Part shown: positions 52,305 through 60,208 of the stretch, piece after piece
Layout: each line of letters opens with the position of its first letter
Position numbering within the stretch: the first letter of the stretch is position 1
DNA from: Paracoccaceae bacterium
GTDB taxonomy: Bacteria; Pseudomonadota; Alphaproteobacteria; Rhodobacterales; Rhodobacteraceae
DNA: 64,000 nucleotides
Assembly: GCA_046296515.1 (NCBI GenBank)
Contig: JBKBKR010000001.1
Span: forward strand, 630,874-694,873
Direction: 5' to 3'
Notes under the pieces: model-generated
Seen by the model: the letters and a program-made list of their open reading frames with translations, nothing else
Database searches by the model: none
Told to the model about the DNA's origin: nothing
Translations under genes and position numbers: made by a program

Positions 52305-54148
52305 ACAAACGCTTCACTGCTGATCCTCGCAAGGCCACTCACTTCACCCCGGAAGCAATCCCCAGGGTTGAAATCGCCCGCGCACCGCTGGCCGATACCG
52401 TCACTCGGGCCGCTTCATTCCAGCCCACAACCTTTGACGAAAATGCGCAGACCATCGAAGCCGTTGCCAGCACCTTCGCGGACGTGATGCGCAGCGACAA
52501 GCGTGGGGCCTATGTGGAACGCCTTGACCCTGCCGGCCTCGACCTGACCGACCTGGACGGCGCCCCGGTTCTCGACGCGCATCGGCAGGGCACCGCACGC
52601 GACGTGCTGGGCATCATCACAGGGCACCGCCTGGAAGCGGGACGGCTGATTGTCAGTATCCGGCTGTCTCAGGCTGATGATGCGCGACCCGCGATTCAGC
52701 GCATTCGTGAAGGCGTCTTGCGGGGCCTGTCGATCGGCTACCGCGTCACCCGCTGGGCCGAGTCCACCGACCCGGAAACGAAGACCCGCATCCGCACCGC
52801 CGCCCGCTGGTCGATCCACGAAGCAAGCGCGGTTGCCGTGCCCGCAGATCCACAATCCCGATTCAGGAGTGAACCCATGCCCAAAGATCAAATTGAAAAT
52901 ACCGAAGACCGCGCCGCGCTGATTCAGCGGTGCCGCACCGCGCACCCCGCCTTGTCCGACGAATGGGCAACGCGGATGGAAGAGTCGGGCGATGTGCTGA
53001 CAGATGCCGAAGTGATCGACGATGCCCGCGAAACCGCGCTGGCAGCGCGGCAGAAGCGCACCGCACCGACGATCCGCACCCATGCCCCGGCGAATGATGA
53101 CCCGGCAGTGATGCGCACCCGCCAAGCCGAGGCCATGGCCTGCCGGATGATGGGCACTACCCCCAGCGATGCAGCCCGGCCATTCATGACCATGGGCCTG
53201 CAGGACTTCGCCCGCGATGCGCTGGCAACGGCTGGTGTCGCTGTCCGCAACCTGGGCGCGGAAGAAACCTTGACCCGCGCCATGCACACAACTTCGGACT
53301 TTCCCGAACTGCTGACGGCATCGGGGAATCGCGTTCTGGCAAACGCCTATCAGGTTGCGCAATCGCCCCTGAAAAGCCTTGCCCGGCAGCGCACCGCGTC
53401 TGACTTCCGCGCCATGTCGATCCTGAAAATCGGCGAATTCAGCGGGCTTCAGAAGGTCACGGAGTCCGGCGAGATCAAAGCCATGACAACCGGCGAGGCC
53501 AAGGAAGGATACAGCCTTGAAACCTTCGGCGGCACATTCGCTTTGTCGCGCAAGGCATTGATCAATGACGATTTGTCGGCTTTCGCGCGCTGGGGCGAGA
53601 TGATGGGCCGTGCCGCGGCCGAAACCGAAGCTGCGCAACTCTTGGGCCTGCTGAGTGCAAACAGCGGTGCCGGTGTCACGATGGATGATGGCGCGCCATT
53701 GTTCCATGCAGACCACGGCAACCTGTCAGCCACCGCAGATAGCCTGAGCGAAAGCGCCCTGAGCGCGGCACGGCTTGCCATGCGCACGCAGAAGGGACTC
53801 GACGGAAAGACACCGATCAATGTTGTTCCGCGCTATCTGCTTGTCGGGCCGGCGCTGGAAACGGTGGCCGAAAAGCTGCTGGCTTCGATCTATGCGGCGA
53901 CCACCGATGATGTGCAGCCAATCCGCCTTTCGCTTCTGGTGGAGCCCCGGATTACTGGCGACGGCTGGTATGTCTTCGCAGATCCGGCAACCGCGCCCGT
54001 GCTGGAATATGCCTATCTGTCCAGCGCACCGGGGCCGCAACTGTCCAGCCGCGATGGGTGGGAAGTGCTGGGCCGAGAATTCCGCGTGGTTCTCGACTTC
54101 GGCGCAGGTGCAGTCGATCACCGCGGCGCCTATCGGAATGCAGGCTGA
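52301..54148 (+). CDS. prohead protease (S78/HK97-type) fused to major capsid protein
   Basis: The N-terminal ~190 aa (IEAVASTFADV...VLDAHR...LRGLSIGYRV...EASAVAVPADP) looks like a prohead protease. The C-terminal ~330 aa (TTSDFPELLTASGNRVLANAY...GWYVFADP...LEYAYL...) looks like a Mu gpT-like capsid protein. It is one uninterrupted 615 aa frame whose GTG start overlaps the portal stop. Confidence 0.85.
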   Translation: MNKRFTADPRKATHFTPEAIPRVEIARAPLADTVTRAASFQPTTFDENAQTIEAVASTFADVMRSDKRGAYVERLDPAGLDLTDLDGAPVLDAHRQGTARDVLGIITGHRLEAGRLIVSIRLSQADDARPAIQRIREGVLRGLSIGYRVTRWAESTDPETKTRIRTAARWSIHEASAVAVPADPQSRFRSEPMPKDQIENTEDRAALIQRCRTAHPALSDEWATRMEESGDVLTDAEVIDDARETALAARQKRTAPTIRTHAPANDDPAVMRTRQAEAMACRMMGTTPSDAARPFMTMGLQDFARDALATAGVAVRNLGAEETLTRAMHTTSDFPELLTASGNRVLANAYQVAQSPLKSLARQRTASDFRAMSILKIGEFSGLQKVTESGEIKAMTTGEAKEGYSLETFGGTFALSRKALINDDLSAFARWGEMMGRAAAETEAAQLLGLLSANSGAGVTMDDGAPLFHADHGNLSATADSLSESALSAARLAMRTQKGLDGKTPINVVPRYLLVGPALETVAEKLLASIYAATTDDVQPIRLSLLVEPRITGDGWYVFADPATAPVLEYAYLSSAPGPQLSSRDGWEVLGREFRVVLDFGAGAVDHRGAYRNAG

Positions 54149-54363
54149 TGGCCAGCGTTTCCCAGCTTACAGAGTGGCGGGACCGGCTTCAGTCGGCCCG
54201 CTACAGCGGCACCCGCGCGGTGCAGGACGCAACCGGCGAACGGATCGAATACAAAAGCGACTCCGAGATGGCGCGCGCCCTTGCCGCGATCGACGCCGAA
54301 ATTTCCCAACTTCAAAAACGGCGGCTTTCAATCATCCGCTTTCAGACCAGCAAAGGACTGTGA
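54148..54363 (+). CDS. gpW-like head-tail joining protein (71 aa)
   Basis: MASVSQLTEWRDRLQSARYSGTRAVQDATGERIEYKSDSEMARALAAIDAEISQLQ matches the gpW family pattern. The ATG overlaps the capsid stop (TGATG). Confidence 0.6.
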   Translation: MASVSQLTEWRDRLQSARYSGTRAVQDATGERIEYKSDSEMARALAAIDAEISQLQKRRLSIIRFQTSKGL

Positions 54364-54366
54364 CCA

Positions 54367-54696
54367 ATGGCACGAAACTTCATTCAACCCGGTGACACGC
54401 TCACCATTCCCGCCCCGGCTGCCGTCGCATCGGGTTTCCCGGTCATCGCCGGCGACATCAAGGGCATTGCCCAAGGTGACGCGGCAAGCGGTGCGCCTGT
54501 AGATGTGAAGTGCAGCGGCGTTTGGGAACTGCCCAAGGTTGGCGCGAACGCCTTCACACTGGGCGCGAAAGTCTACTGGGATGATGGCGACGAGCTGGCC
54601 ACCACCACGGCAACGGACAACACGCTGTTGGGCGTGGCCGTCGCGGCAGCCGGTGCCAGCACCGCAACAGTGATGGTGCGCCTGTCGGGCTTCTGA
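54367..54696 (+). CDS. DUF2190 family head decoration/cement-like protein
   Basis: MARNFIQPGDTLTIPAPAAVASGFPVIAGDIKGIAQGDAASGAPVDVKCSGVWELPK...AKVYWD is typical DUF2190. Confidence 0.75.
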   Translation: MARNFIQPGDTLTIPAPAAVASGFPVIAGDIKGIAQGDAASGAPVDVKCSGVWELPKVGANAFTLGAKVYWDDGDELATTTATDNTLLGVAVAAAGASTATVMVRLSGF

Positions 54697-54722
54697 GGCT
54701 TTCAATAATCGCGACCAGATCG

Positions 54723-54758
54723 GCGGCGGGGTGTTTACTCTGCCGCCGCTTCATTTCT
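54723..54758 (+). terminator. candidate terminator at the end of the head operon
   Basis: GCGGCGG (54723-54729) pairs with CCGCCGC (54743-54749), with a 13-nt loop and a T-rich tail TTCATTTCT. Confidence 0.45.
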
Positions 54759-54895
54759 GGTAGATGGGCTATAGTCTATTTTCTGCGTGACAGAATCGCC
54801 ACAAGTGAGGAAATAGCGCACAATCAATCTTCGCTGGGGGTATTTGCGTGGGTATATTTTTCGTAATTTCGTTCAATATCAATGCGATATGGTAG

Positions 54896-54910
54896 CGATA
54901 CCCGCCTCCA
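54896..54910. repeat. attR core
   Basis: CGATACCCGCCTCCA is identical to the tRNA-Cys 3' end. Confidence 0.85.
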
Positions 54911-54940
54911 AGTCTTTTCAATCACTTAACGGAACTTCTC

Positions 54941-54962
54941 CGCGCCTTCGGGCGGGCGTTTT
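54941..54962 (+). terminator. displaced ancestral tRNA-Cys terminator
   Basis: CGCGCC-TTCG-GGCGGGCG followed by TTTT, 30 bp after attR. This is where the pre-insertion tRNA terminator would be expected. Confidence 0.45.
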
Positions 54963-55373
54963 GCAAGATGTTTTGCAAATCTGTTCACGCTCCACCCGGT
55001 TTCGCAGCGGTCAGGGCCGCGAGAACAGTGTCGGATTCGCCGGGTGCGATGCGTGCATGGTGCTCAACAACAGTCTGCGCAAGGGTCAGGCCCGGCATCG
55101 AACAGACGGGTTTTCGCCGTTCCACGGCAGTCGGGCAGCCGCAGACCCTCAGGCTACCCGGCTTTCCGACGATACCGCGTGACAGGCTTAGGAGTGGTGG
55201 TGCCTTCATTGCCTGACCAGTGCCACCCAGCAGGATCAGGCGTTGATCCGGTGGCGTAGCGTCAGTCGGATCAGCAAGGGATGGCGTGATCGGAACAGGG
55301 GCAAGGCGCTTTCGCTTCTCAGTTCTTGCGCGCAAGCGCCGCCCCGACCGGCGTGGTCCCGACCAATGTTCCC

Positions 55374-56294
55374 TTACCCCCAAACCCCCACGAACTCCCG
55401 CCATTCCCCCTTGCTCATGCCCGAGTCCGCCTGCTCCACAACTTCCCCCGCCAGCCGCCGTTTCAGCACCGCCACCCCCTTCGCACTCAGGCTTACCCCG
55501 CCCATCCGGTAATCCTCGAACGCGCCGTAGGCCAGTGGCACCCAGTCCTTGACGCAGGCGGCAATCGCCTCGGCATAGACCCGGATCTCGTATTGCGCAT
55601 GGGCATCCGCCCGCAGACGAAGGAAGTGGAACAGGTTGTGCAGGTCGGTTTTCCAATACCATTGGGTATAGGTGTTCATCGGCAGGTTCATCCGCGCGAG
55701 CTCGCGCGCCAGCCCCTGCTGGGGAGTTCCGTCAGGTTGGGCCTCGCTCAGCATCGCCTCATAGCTGTCAAACGCCTGCCCCGCATCGCGTTTCAGGATC
55801 TCCAGCACCCGCGCCGCCTCAGCCCCCTGCAACACCTCGCCCCGGCCCTGATTGTTGACCGTGCTTTGCGCGGCCAGCTGGTCGGGCGCGGGCACATAGA
55901 ATTCCCGGTCCAGAATCGAATAGCGGGCGGAGTATTCGTTGACGTTGGCGGTGCGGTGGCGGATCCACTGGCGGGCGACAAACACCGGCAGTTTGACATG
56001 CAGCTTGATCTCGCACATCTCGAACGGGGTGGAGTGCCAGTGCCGCATGAGGTAACGGATCAGCCCCTCGTCATTCGACACATGTTTGGTGCCCGCGCCA
56101 TAGCTGACCCGCGCGGCCTGCACGATGGCCGCGTCATCGCCCATATAGTCGATCACCCGGATAAAGCCGTGATCCAGCACTTCATGCGCGCGGTAAAGAT
56201 GCGCCTCCATCCCCTCGGACACCGCCCGCAAGGTCTGGCGCGGGGTGGCGCGGGCTGCGTCGATTTCAGAAATCTGGTCAGGGGAAAGCGGCAT
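55374..56294 (-). CDS. thyX: FAD-dependent thymidylate synthase
   Basis: ThyX signature [18 protein letters not shown] at 56294. The ORF-track start at 56324 is GTG. Confidence 0.93.
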   Translation of the reverse strand: MPLSPDQISEIDAARATPRQTLRAVSEGMEAHLYRAHEVLDHGFIRVIDYMGDDAAIVQAARVSYGAGTKHVSNDEGLIRYLMRHWHSTPFEMCEIKLHVKLPVFVARQWIRHRTANVNEYSARYSILDREFYVPAPDQLAAQSTVNNQGRGEVLQGAEAARVLEILKRDAGQAFDSYEAMLSEAQPDGTPQQGLARELARMNLPMNTYTQWYWKTDLHNLFHFLRLRADAHAQYEIRVYAEAIAACVKDWVPLAYGAFEDYRMGGVSLSAKGVAVLKRRLAGEVVEQADSGMSKGEWREFVGVWG

Positions 56295-56493
56295 GGGGCT
56301 GGCCTTTCGAATCCGGGCGTTCACTACATGTGGGCATCATTGGCGCGCAGGATACGAGAGGTTGGGGAACCCTCGCAAGGGTGCGCGGCAAATCTGCACC
56401 ACGCGAGTCTGGAGAAGCATGGATTCATTGACACAATGACGTGAGACGGGCAGTTTTATCCACAAAAGAACACTTATAATCGAGCAGGTAATC

Positions 56494-57600
56494 ATGAATT
56501 GGCGTGTGATCGCGGCCCTTGCGGCCGGTCTTGCCGTTGCAGGTTGTGGCGGAAACCCTTTCGACAACGCGCCCGAATGTGGCGGCAACCCGCTTGCCGG
56601 TGGGCCGGGCTGCACCCCCGCCCCGACACCGACGCCCACGCCCACCCCTGAAGGCGGGCCGGGCGCCTTGCCGGGCACCCCCGCCCCCGCCGCCAATACC
56701 CCGATCACCCGCTATGAAGCGCTCGATGAGGGCACAGGCAACGGCTATGCCCAAGGGTTCACCTTTGATGCGGTCAGTAACACCTATACCGTGGACAACC
56801 TAGCGTTTGACGGCGGCAATGACTATCGCAAGCGCCTTGGACAGCCGGTGGACAGGCTGGGCGGATATGAGGTCTATGAGGCGGCGGCGGAGGTCCGCGA
56901 CCCGCAGACCGGCGTTGCCATCCCGCAGTTCCAACACAAGATGCTCGCCGGGGTCAGCAGCACCGGCCGCACAGAATTCGCCATCGTGCGCACCGGGGCC
57001 TACCGCGACTATGGCTTCGGCGGCTTCATCATCCGGCGCAACGACACCTTCGTGCGCCCGCCAACCACACCCGACATCCCGCGTGACGAACGGCAGGCCG
57101 CCTATTCCGGCAACTACGCCGCCATCCGGGATTTCAAGGGCAGAAGCGGTCTGGAATACGCGACCGGCACCATGGAAATCGCCATCGACTTCGAGGATTT
57201 CAACCGTGGCGATGCGGTAAAGGGCAGTGTCCGGAACCGGCAGATCCTGGACGCAAACGGCAACAACATCACTGCCTCGGTCCTTGCCGCAATGGATGCG
57301 AAGTTCGACAAGAACGGCACAGGCCCCGGCTCCACCCAACTGCCTGCCCTGTTGTTCAAGGTCGGACCGGGCGCGATCAATGCCAATGGCGAAATCGGCG
57401 GCCTGCTCGACAGCACGGTGTTCGACTACAACGGCGACCGCCCCCGCGTGGTCGGCTATGAGGCCGGCAATTACTACGGCATCGTCTCCGGCCCCAATGC
57501 CGATGAGGTGGTGGGCGTGATCGTGATCGAGGCGGAAGATCCGCGCATTGATGGCGTGACAGTGCGCGAAACAGGCGGCTTCATCCTTTACCGGCCATGA
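56494..57600 (+). CDS. TbpB/fHbp-like surface lipoprotein candidate (Slam substrate-like)
   Basis: Lipobox LAVAGC, a Pro/Thr linker (PAPTPTPTPTPEG) and a C-terminal barrel-like region with AAYSGNYAAI...GTMEIAIDFEDFNRGDAVKGSV...GNYYGIVSGPNADEVVGVIVI, the pattern of TbpB-type handle/barrel lipoproteins. Confidence 0.6.
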   Translation: MNWRVIAALAAGLAVAGCGGNPFDNAPECGGNPLAGGPGCTPAPTPTPTPTPEGGPGALPGTPAPAANTPITRYEALDEGTGNGYAQGFTFDAVSNTYTVDNLAFDGGNDYRKRLGQPVDRLGGYEVYEAAAEVRDPQTGVAIPQFQHKMLAGVSSTGRTEFAIVRTGAYRDYGFGGFIIRRNDTFVRPPTTPDIPRDERQAAYSGNYAAIRDFKGRSGLEYATGTMEIAIDFEDFNRGDAVKGSVRNRQILDANGNNITASVLAAMDAKFDKNGTGPGSTQLPALLFKVGPGAINANGEIGGLLDSTVFDYNGDRPRVVGYEAGNYYGIVSGPNADEVVGVIVIEAEDPRIDGVTVRETGGFILYRP

Positions 57601-58994
57601 TCGCGCTGAAATCCGGCGAGAGGCGCGGCTGCGGTCACTGGGTTGGTCAGACCCTGGCGGCGGCTCTGCTGTGCCTCGGTTTCGCGGCCCCCGTCACGGC
57701 CAAGCCGCTGGTGCTGACGCCGGAGGGCATGGTCCAGATGGCGGTCACCCTGCTGGACCGCGGATACCCCGAGCAGGCTGCGCGCTTTGCCGATGCGCTG
57801 CTGCAACAGAACCCGAAGGACGCCACCGCGCTTATCCTCAAGGCGCGGGCCGAGCGCGACATGGCGCGCTATCCGCAATCAGTTGCCACCGCGCGCATGG
57901 CGTGGACATCGGCGGACCTGCCGCGCGAACGCTACGGTGCCGCGCTGGCCGTCGCACAGGCGCTGGCCTCCGACGGTCAGAAACTGCGCGCGCAGGTCTG
58001 GCTGCGCCGCGCCATCGAAACCGCCCCCGATGAAACCGCCCGCGCGATCGCCGTGCGCGACCTGCGCTATGTGCGCAACCGCAGCCGCCTGTCGCTGCGC
58101 TTTGATCTGTCGGTGCGCCCCTCGTCGAATGTGAACGGCGGCACCTACGAGCGGATGATCGACTTTCTGGGCATCCCGCTGACCATCTCGCCCGACAGCC
58201 GCGCCCTGTCCGGCGGGGCGGTTCAGGCCGCCGTGACCGCGCAATACCGCCTTGCCGAAAGCCAAGCGGCCAAGACCGACCTGCGTTTCGGGATTGTTCA
58301 GCGACAGGTCTGGCTTTCATCCTCTGCCAAAGCAGCGGCCCCCATGGCCCGGCCCGGCGACTATGCGTTTGCCGCCTATGAAATCGGCCTCGATCAGACC
58401 TGGAAACTGCCTGCCCTGCAGGCCGAGGCCACCGCCTCGGTCACCCTGGGCCACAACCGCTATGGCGGCGCACCGATGTCGGACTATGCCCGGCTCGATC
58501 TGGATCTGTCGCGCAACTTCTCGGCGCAACTGTCTGGTCAGGCCGGGATCAGCGTCGAACGGCAGCAGCGCACCGACAACCCGCTGCGCTCGGCCACGGT
58601 GCTCGGTGCCAATGCCAGCATGTCCCGGCGCTTGCCGGGTGGCGACCGGCTGTCATTCTCGCTTGATCTGCGCGACACCAGCTCGGATGCCGACAGCATC
58701 GACCACCGGGCCCTGAGTGCCGACGTGCGCTGGACCAAGGCCGCGCCCGTCCTTGGCCTTGGTGTCTCGACAACCCTTGGGATCGAAGCGCGCGACTATG
58801 CCCGCGCCGCCCTCAGCCCCGGCGGACGCGAAGACCTGACGCTGAGCGCGCAAGCCAACCTCTCCCTGCAGAGCCTCGACTACATGGGTTTCATGCCGGT
58901 CGTTTCAGTGAAGGCAAGCGAGACCCGGTCCAACCTCCCGCTCTATCGCTCGCGCTCGCTGGGCATCGGGCTGCAGGTCCAGTCAAAGTTCTGA
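57597..58994 (+). CDS. Slam-like outer membrane protein (TPR N-terminal domain + DUF560-like beta-barrel)
   Basis: Signal peptide ...LCLGFAAPVTA, TPR-like LLDRGYPEQAARFADALLQQNPKDATALILKA, alternating-hydrophobic beta strands and a terminal ...GIGLQVQSKF. The ATGA start overlaps the upstream lipoprotein gene. Confidence 0.65.
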   Translation: MIALKSGERRGCGHWVGQTLAAALLCLGFAAPVTAKPLVLTPEGMVQMAVTLLDRGYPEQAARFADALLQQNPKDATALILKARAERDMARYPQSVATARMAWTSADLPRERYGAALAVAQALASDGQKLRAQVWLRRAIETAPDETARAIAVRDLRYVRNRSRLSLRFDLSVRPSSNVNGGTYERMIDFLGIPLTISPDSRALSGGAVQAAVTAQYRLAESQAAKTDLRFGIVQRQVWLSSSAKAAAPMARPGDYAFAAYEIGLDQTWKLPALQAEATASVTLGHNRYGGAPMSDYARLDLDLSRNFSAQLSGQAGISVERQQRTDNPLRSATVLGANASMSRRLPGGDRLSFSLDLRDTSSDADSIDHRALSADVRWTKAAPVLGLGVSTTLGIEARDYARAALSPGGREDLTLSAQANLSLQSLDYMGFMPVVSVKASETRSNLPLYRSRSLGIGLQVQSKF

Positions 58995-59064
58995 TCCGTC
59001 AAGCTTCCGCCCTCGCCTTTCCCGCCATCCGCGCTAGGATGCAACTCAACAAATCGGGAGAAAG

Positions 59065-59496
59065 ATGATGGCACTGAAATACCTCCACACCATGGTCCGG
59101 GTTCTGGACCTGGAGGCCTCAATGGCCTTCTACCGCCTGCTCGGGCTGGAAGAAACCAAACGGCACGAAAGCGAACAGGGGCGGTTCTCGCTGATCTTCA
59201 TGGCCCCGCCCGGCCAGCCGGATTGCCCGGTGGAGCTGACATACAACTGGGACGGCGACGATGGCCTGCCGTCCGACAGCCGCCATTTCGGCCACCTGGC
59301 CTATGAGGTGGATAACATCTATGCAACCTGTGCCCATCTGCAGGCCAATGGAGTGCTGATCAACCGCCCCCCGCGCGATGGCCGCATGGCCTTTGTGCGC
59401 AGCCCCGACAACATCTCGATCGAGCTGCTGCAAAAGGGCGAAGCGCTTGCCCCTGCCGAGCCCTGGGCGAGCATGGGCAATACCGGCCACTGGTGA
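59065..59496 (+). CDS. gloA: lactoylglutathione lyase / VOC family protein
   Basis: LHTMVRVLDLEASMAFYRLLGL...ELTYNWD...FGHLAYEVDNIYATCAHLQANGVLINRPPRDGRMAFVRSPDNISIELLQ is typical glyoxalase I. Confidence 0.88.
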   Translation: MMALKYLHTMVRVLDLEASMAFYRLLGLEETKRHESEQGRFSLIFMAPPGQPDCPVELTYNWDGDDGLPSDSRHFGHLAYEVDNIYATCAHLQANGVLINRPPRDGRMAFVRSPDNISIELLQKGEALAPAEPWASMGNTGHW

Positions 59497-59531
59497 TCCC
59501 GGCGGCCCCCCCCGGGGGCTGTGTGACCGCC

Positions 59532-59572
59532 AGCTCAGCGGTTTCTTGAACCGATGGCGAAACCGCTGAGCT
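59532..59572. repeat. perfect 14-bp-stem hairpin AGCTCAGCGGTTTC-N13-GAAACCGCTGAGCT
   Basis: It lies downstream of gloA and is part of a composite repeat block spanning 59503-59652. Confidence 0.7.
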
Positions 59573-59577
59573 AAGCC

Positions 59578-59652
59578 GAGAGTATCTGTGAAAGCAGCAA
59601 CGCAAGGCGCAGCCCTTTACCTTGCTGCTTGTCAAATACTCCCGCCGGAGGC
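59578..59652. repeat. inverted-pair copy of the dispersed intergenic repeat
   Basis: The arms GAGTATCTGTGAAAGCAGCAA and TTGCTGCTTGTCAAATACTC are followed by CCGCCGGAGGC. They are related to 2155-2193, 23171-23203 and 63459-63524. Confidence 0.7.
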
Positions 59653-59677
59653 TCCTGCCCCCTCCCCCGGCGTAGCG

Positions 59678-60208
59678 CTACAGGATCAGCGCCGTCCGGG
59701 CCGCAACTTTCACCATCGCCTCTTCGATCTCATGCCAGGCGGTGCGCGCCATCGAGCGGAAGGTCAGCAGGGTAAACGCGCCCGCCCCTTCGACAATCAC
59801 GATCAGCGGCAGATGGTTCAGCGCAGAACGGAACGCCTGCCCCCGCGCGGTTGCGCGCAGATCCAGTGGCACCAGCCGCGCCAGCACATCCACAGACTGC
59901 GCGCCTGACAGCGACAGCGTCACCCAGCCGTCGGATTGGTCGGTAACCGTCGCCGCCAGCCCCTCCGGCGCGGCAGCGCCGATCAGAAAGGCCATGTCGC
60001 GCCCGGCCCAGACCAGCCTTGCGCTCTGCGTTTCTGTCACGCTGTTCGGTGCGGGAAAACCCATGCCAAGCGCCCGGCCCACCACCGCCGCCTGCCCCGG
60101 CCATGGCGCGATGCTGGTGATCTGCGGCATGTCCGCTTCTGCCAGCGTGGTGCCGGCATGGGTGACAGGGGCCGCGCCCAGCGCGGGTTTGGCGATCAGA
60201 TCAGGCAC
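59678..60208 (-). CDS. soxG: sarcosine oxidase subunit gamma
   Basis: The GTG start at 60208 overlaps the soxA stop. 176 aa, in the SoxG position of the soxBDAG order. Confidence 0.8.
   Translation of the reverse strand: MPDLIAKPALGAAPVTHAGTTLAEADMPQITSIAPWPGQAAVVGRALGMGFPAPNSVTETQSARLVWAGRDMAFLIGAAAPEGLAATVTDQSDGWVTLSLSGAQSVDVLARLVPLDLRATARGQAFRSALNHLPLIVIVEGAGAFTLLTFRSMARTAWHEIEEAMVKVAARTALIL

Larger units (their letters stand above)
42919..54910 (+). mobile_element. ~12.0 kb integrative island at tRNA-Cys: candidate capsid-forming phage satellite (cf-PICI-like)
   Basis: 15-bp direct repeat CGATACCCGCCTCCA at 42919-42933 (the tRNA 3' end) and 54896-54910. The integrase gene is adjacent to attL. 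The island has a replicase plus a head and packaging module and no tail or lysis genes. GC content is visibly lower than the flanks, especially over 49.1-49.75 kb. Confidence 0.8.

Noticed and set aside
42919-54910. Possibility that the head-gene cluster is the host RcGTA-type gene transfer agent
   Set aside because: - It is flanked by a tRNA-derived direct repeat and has its own integrase and replicase.
- The terminase is Nu1/GpA (lambda) type, and protease and capsid are fused.
- No tail genes follow.
- RcGTA-type clusters are about 15 kb, lack int/att, and include tail genes.
54844-55182. 112-aa plus-strand ORF spanning attR
   Set aside because: It starts at a TTG inside the island, reads through the att core and the terminator hairpin, and has no RBS or recognisable content.
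56600-56660. Short nucleotide repeats (CCGACACCGACGCCCACGCCCACCCCT), checked as a possible CRISPR or VNTR array
   Set aside because: They simply encode the (Thr-Pro)n linker of the lipoprotein. No spacer-repeat architecture is present, and no CRISPR array exists anywhere in the window.
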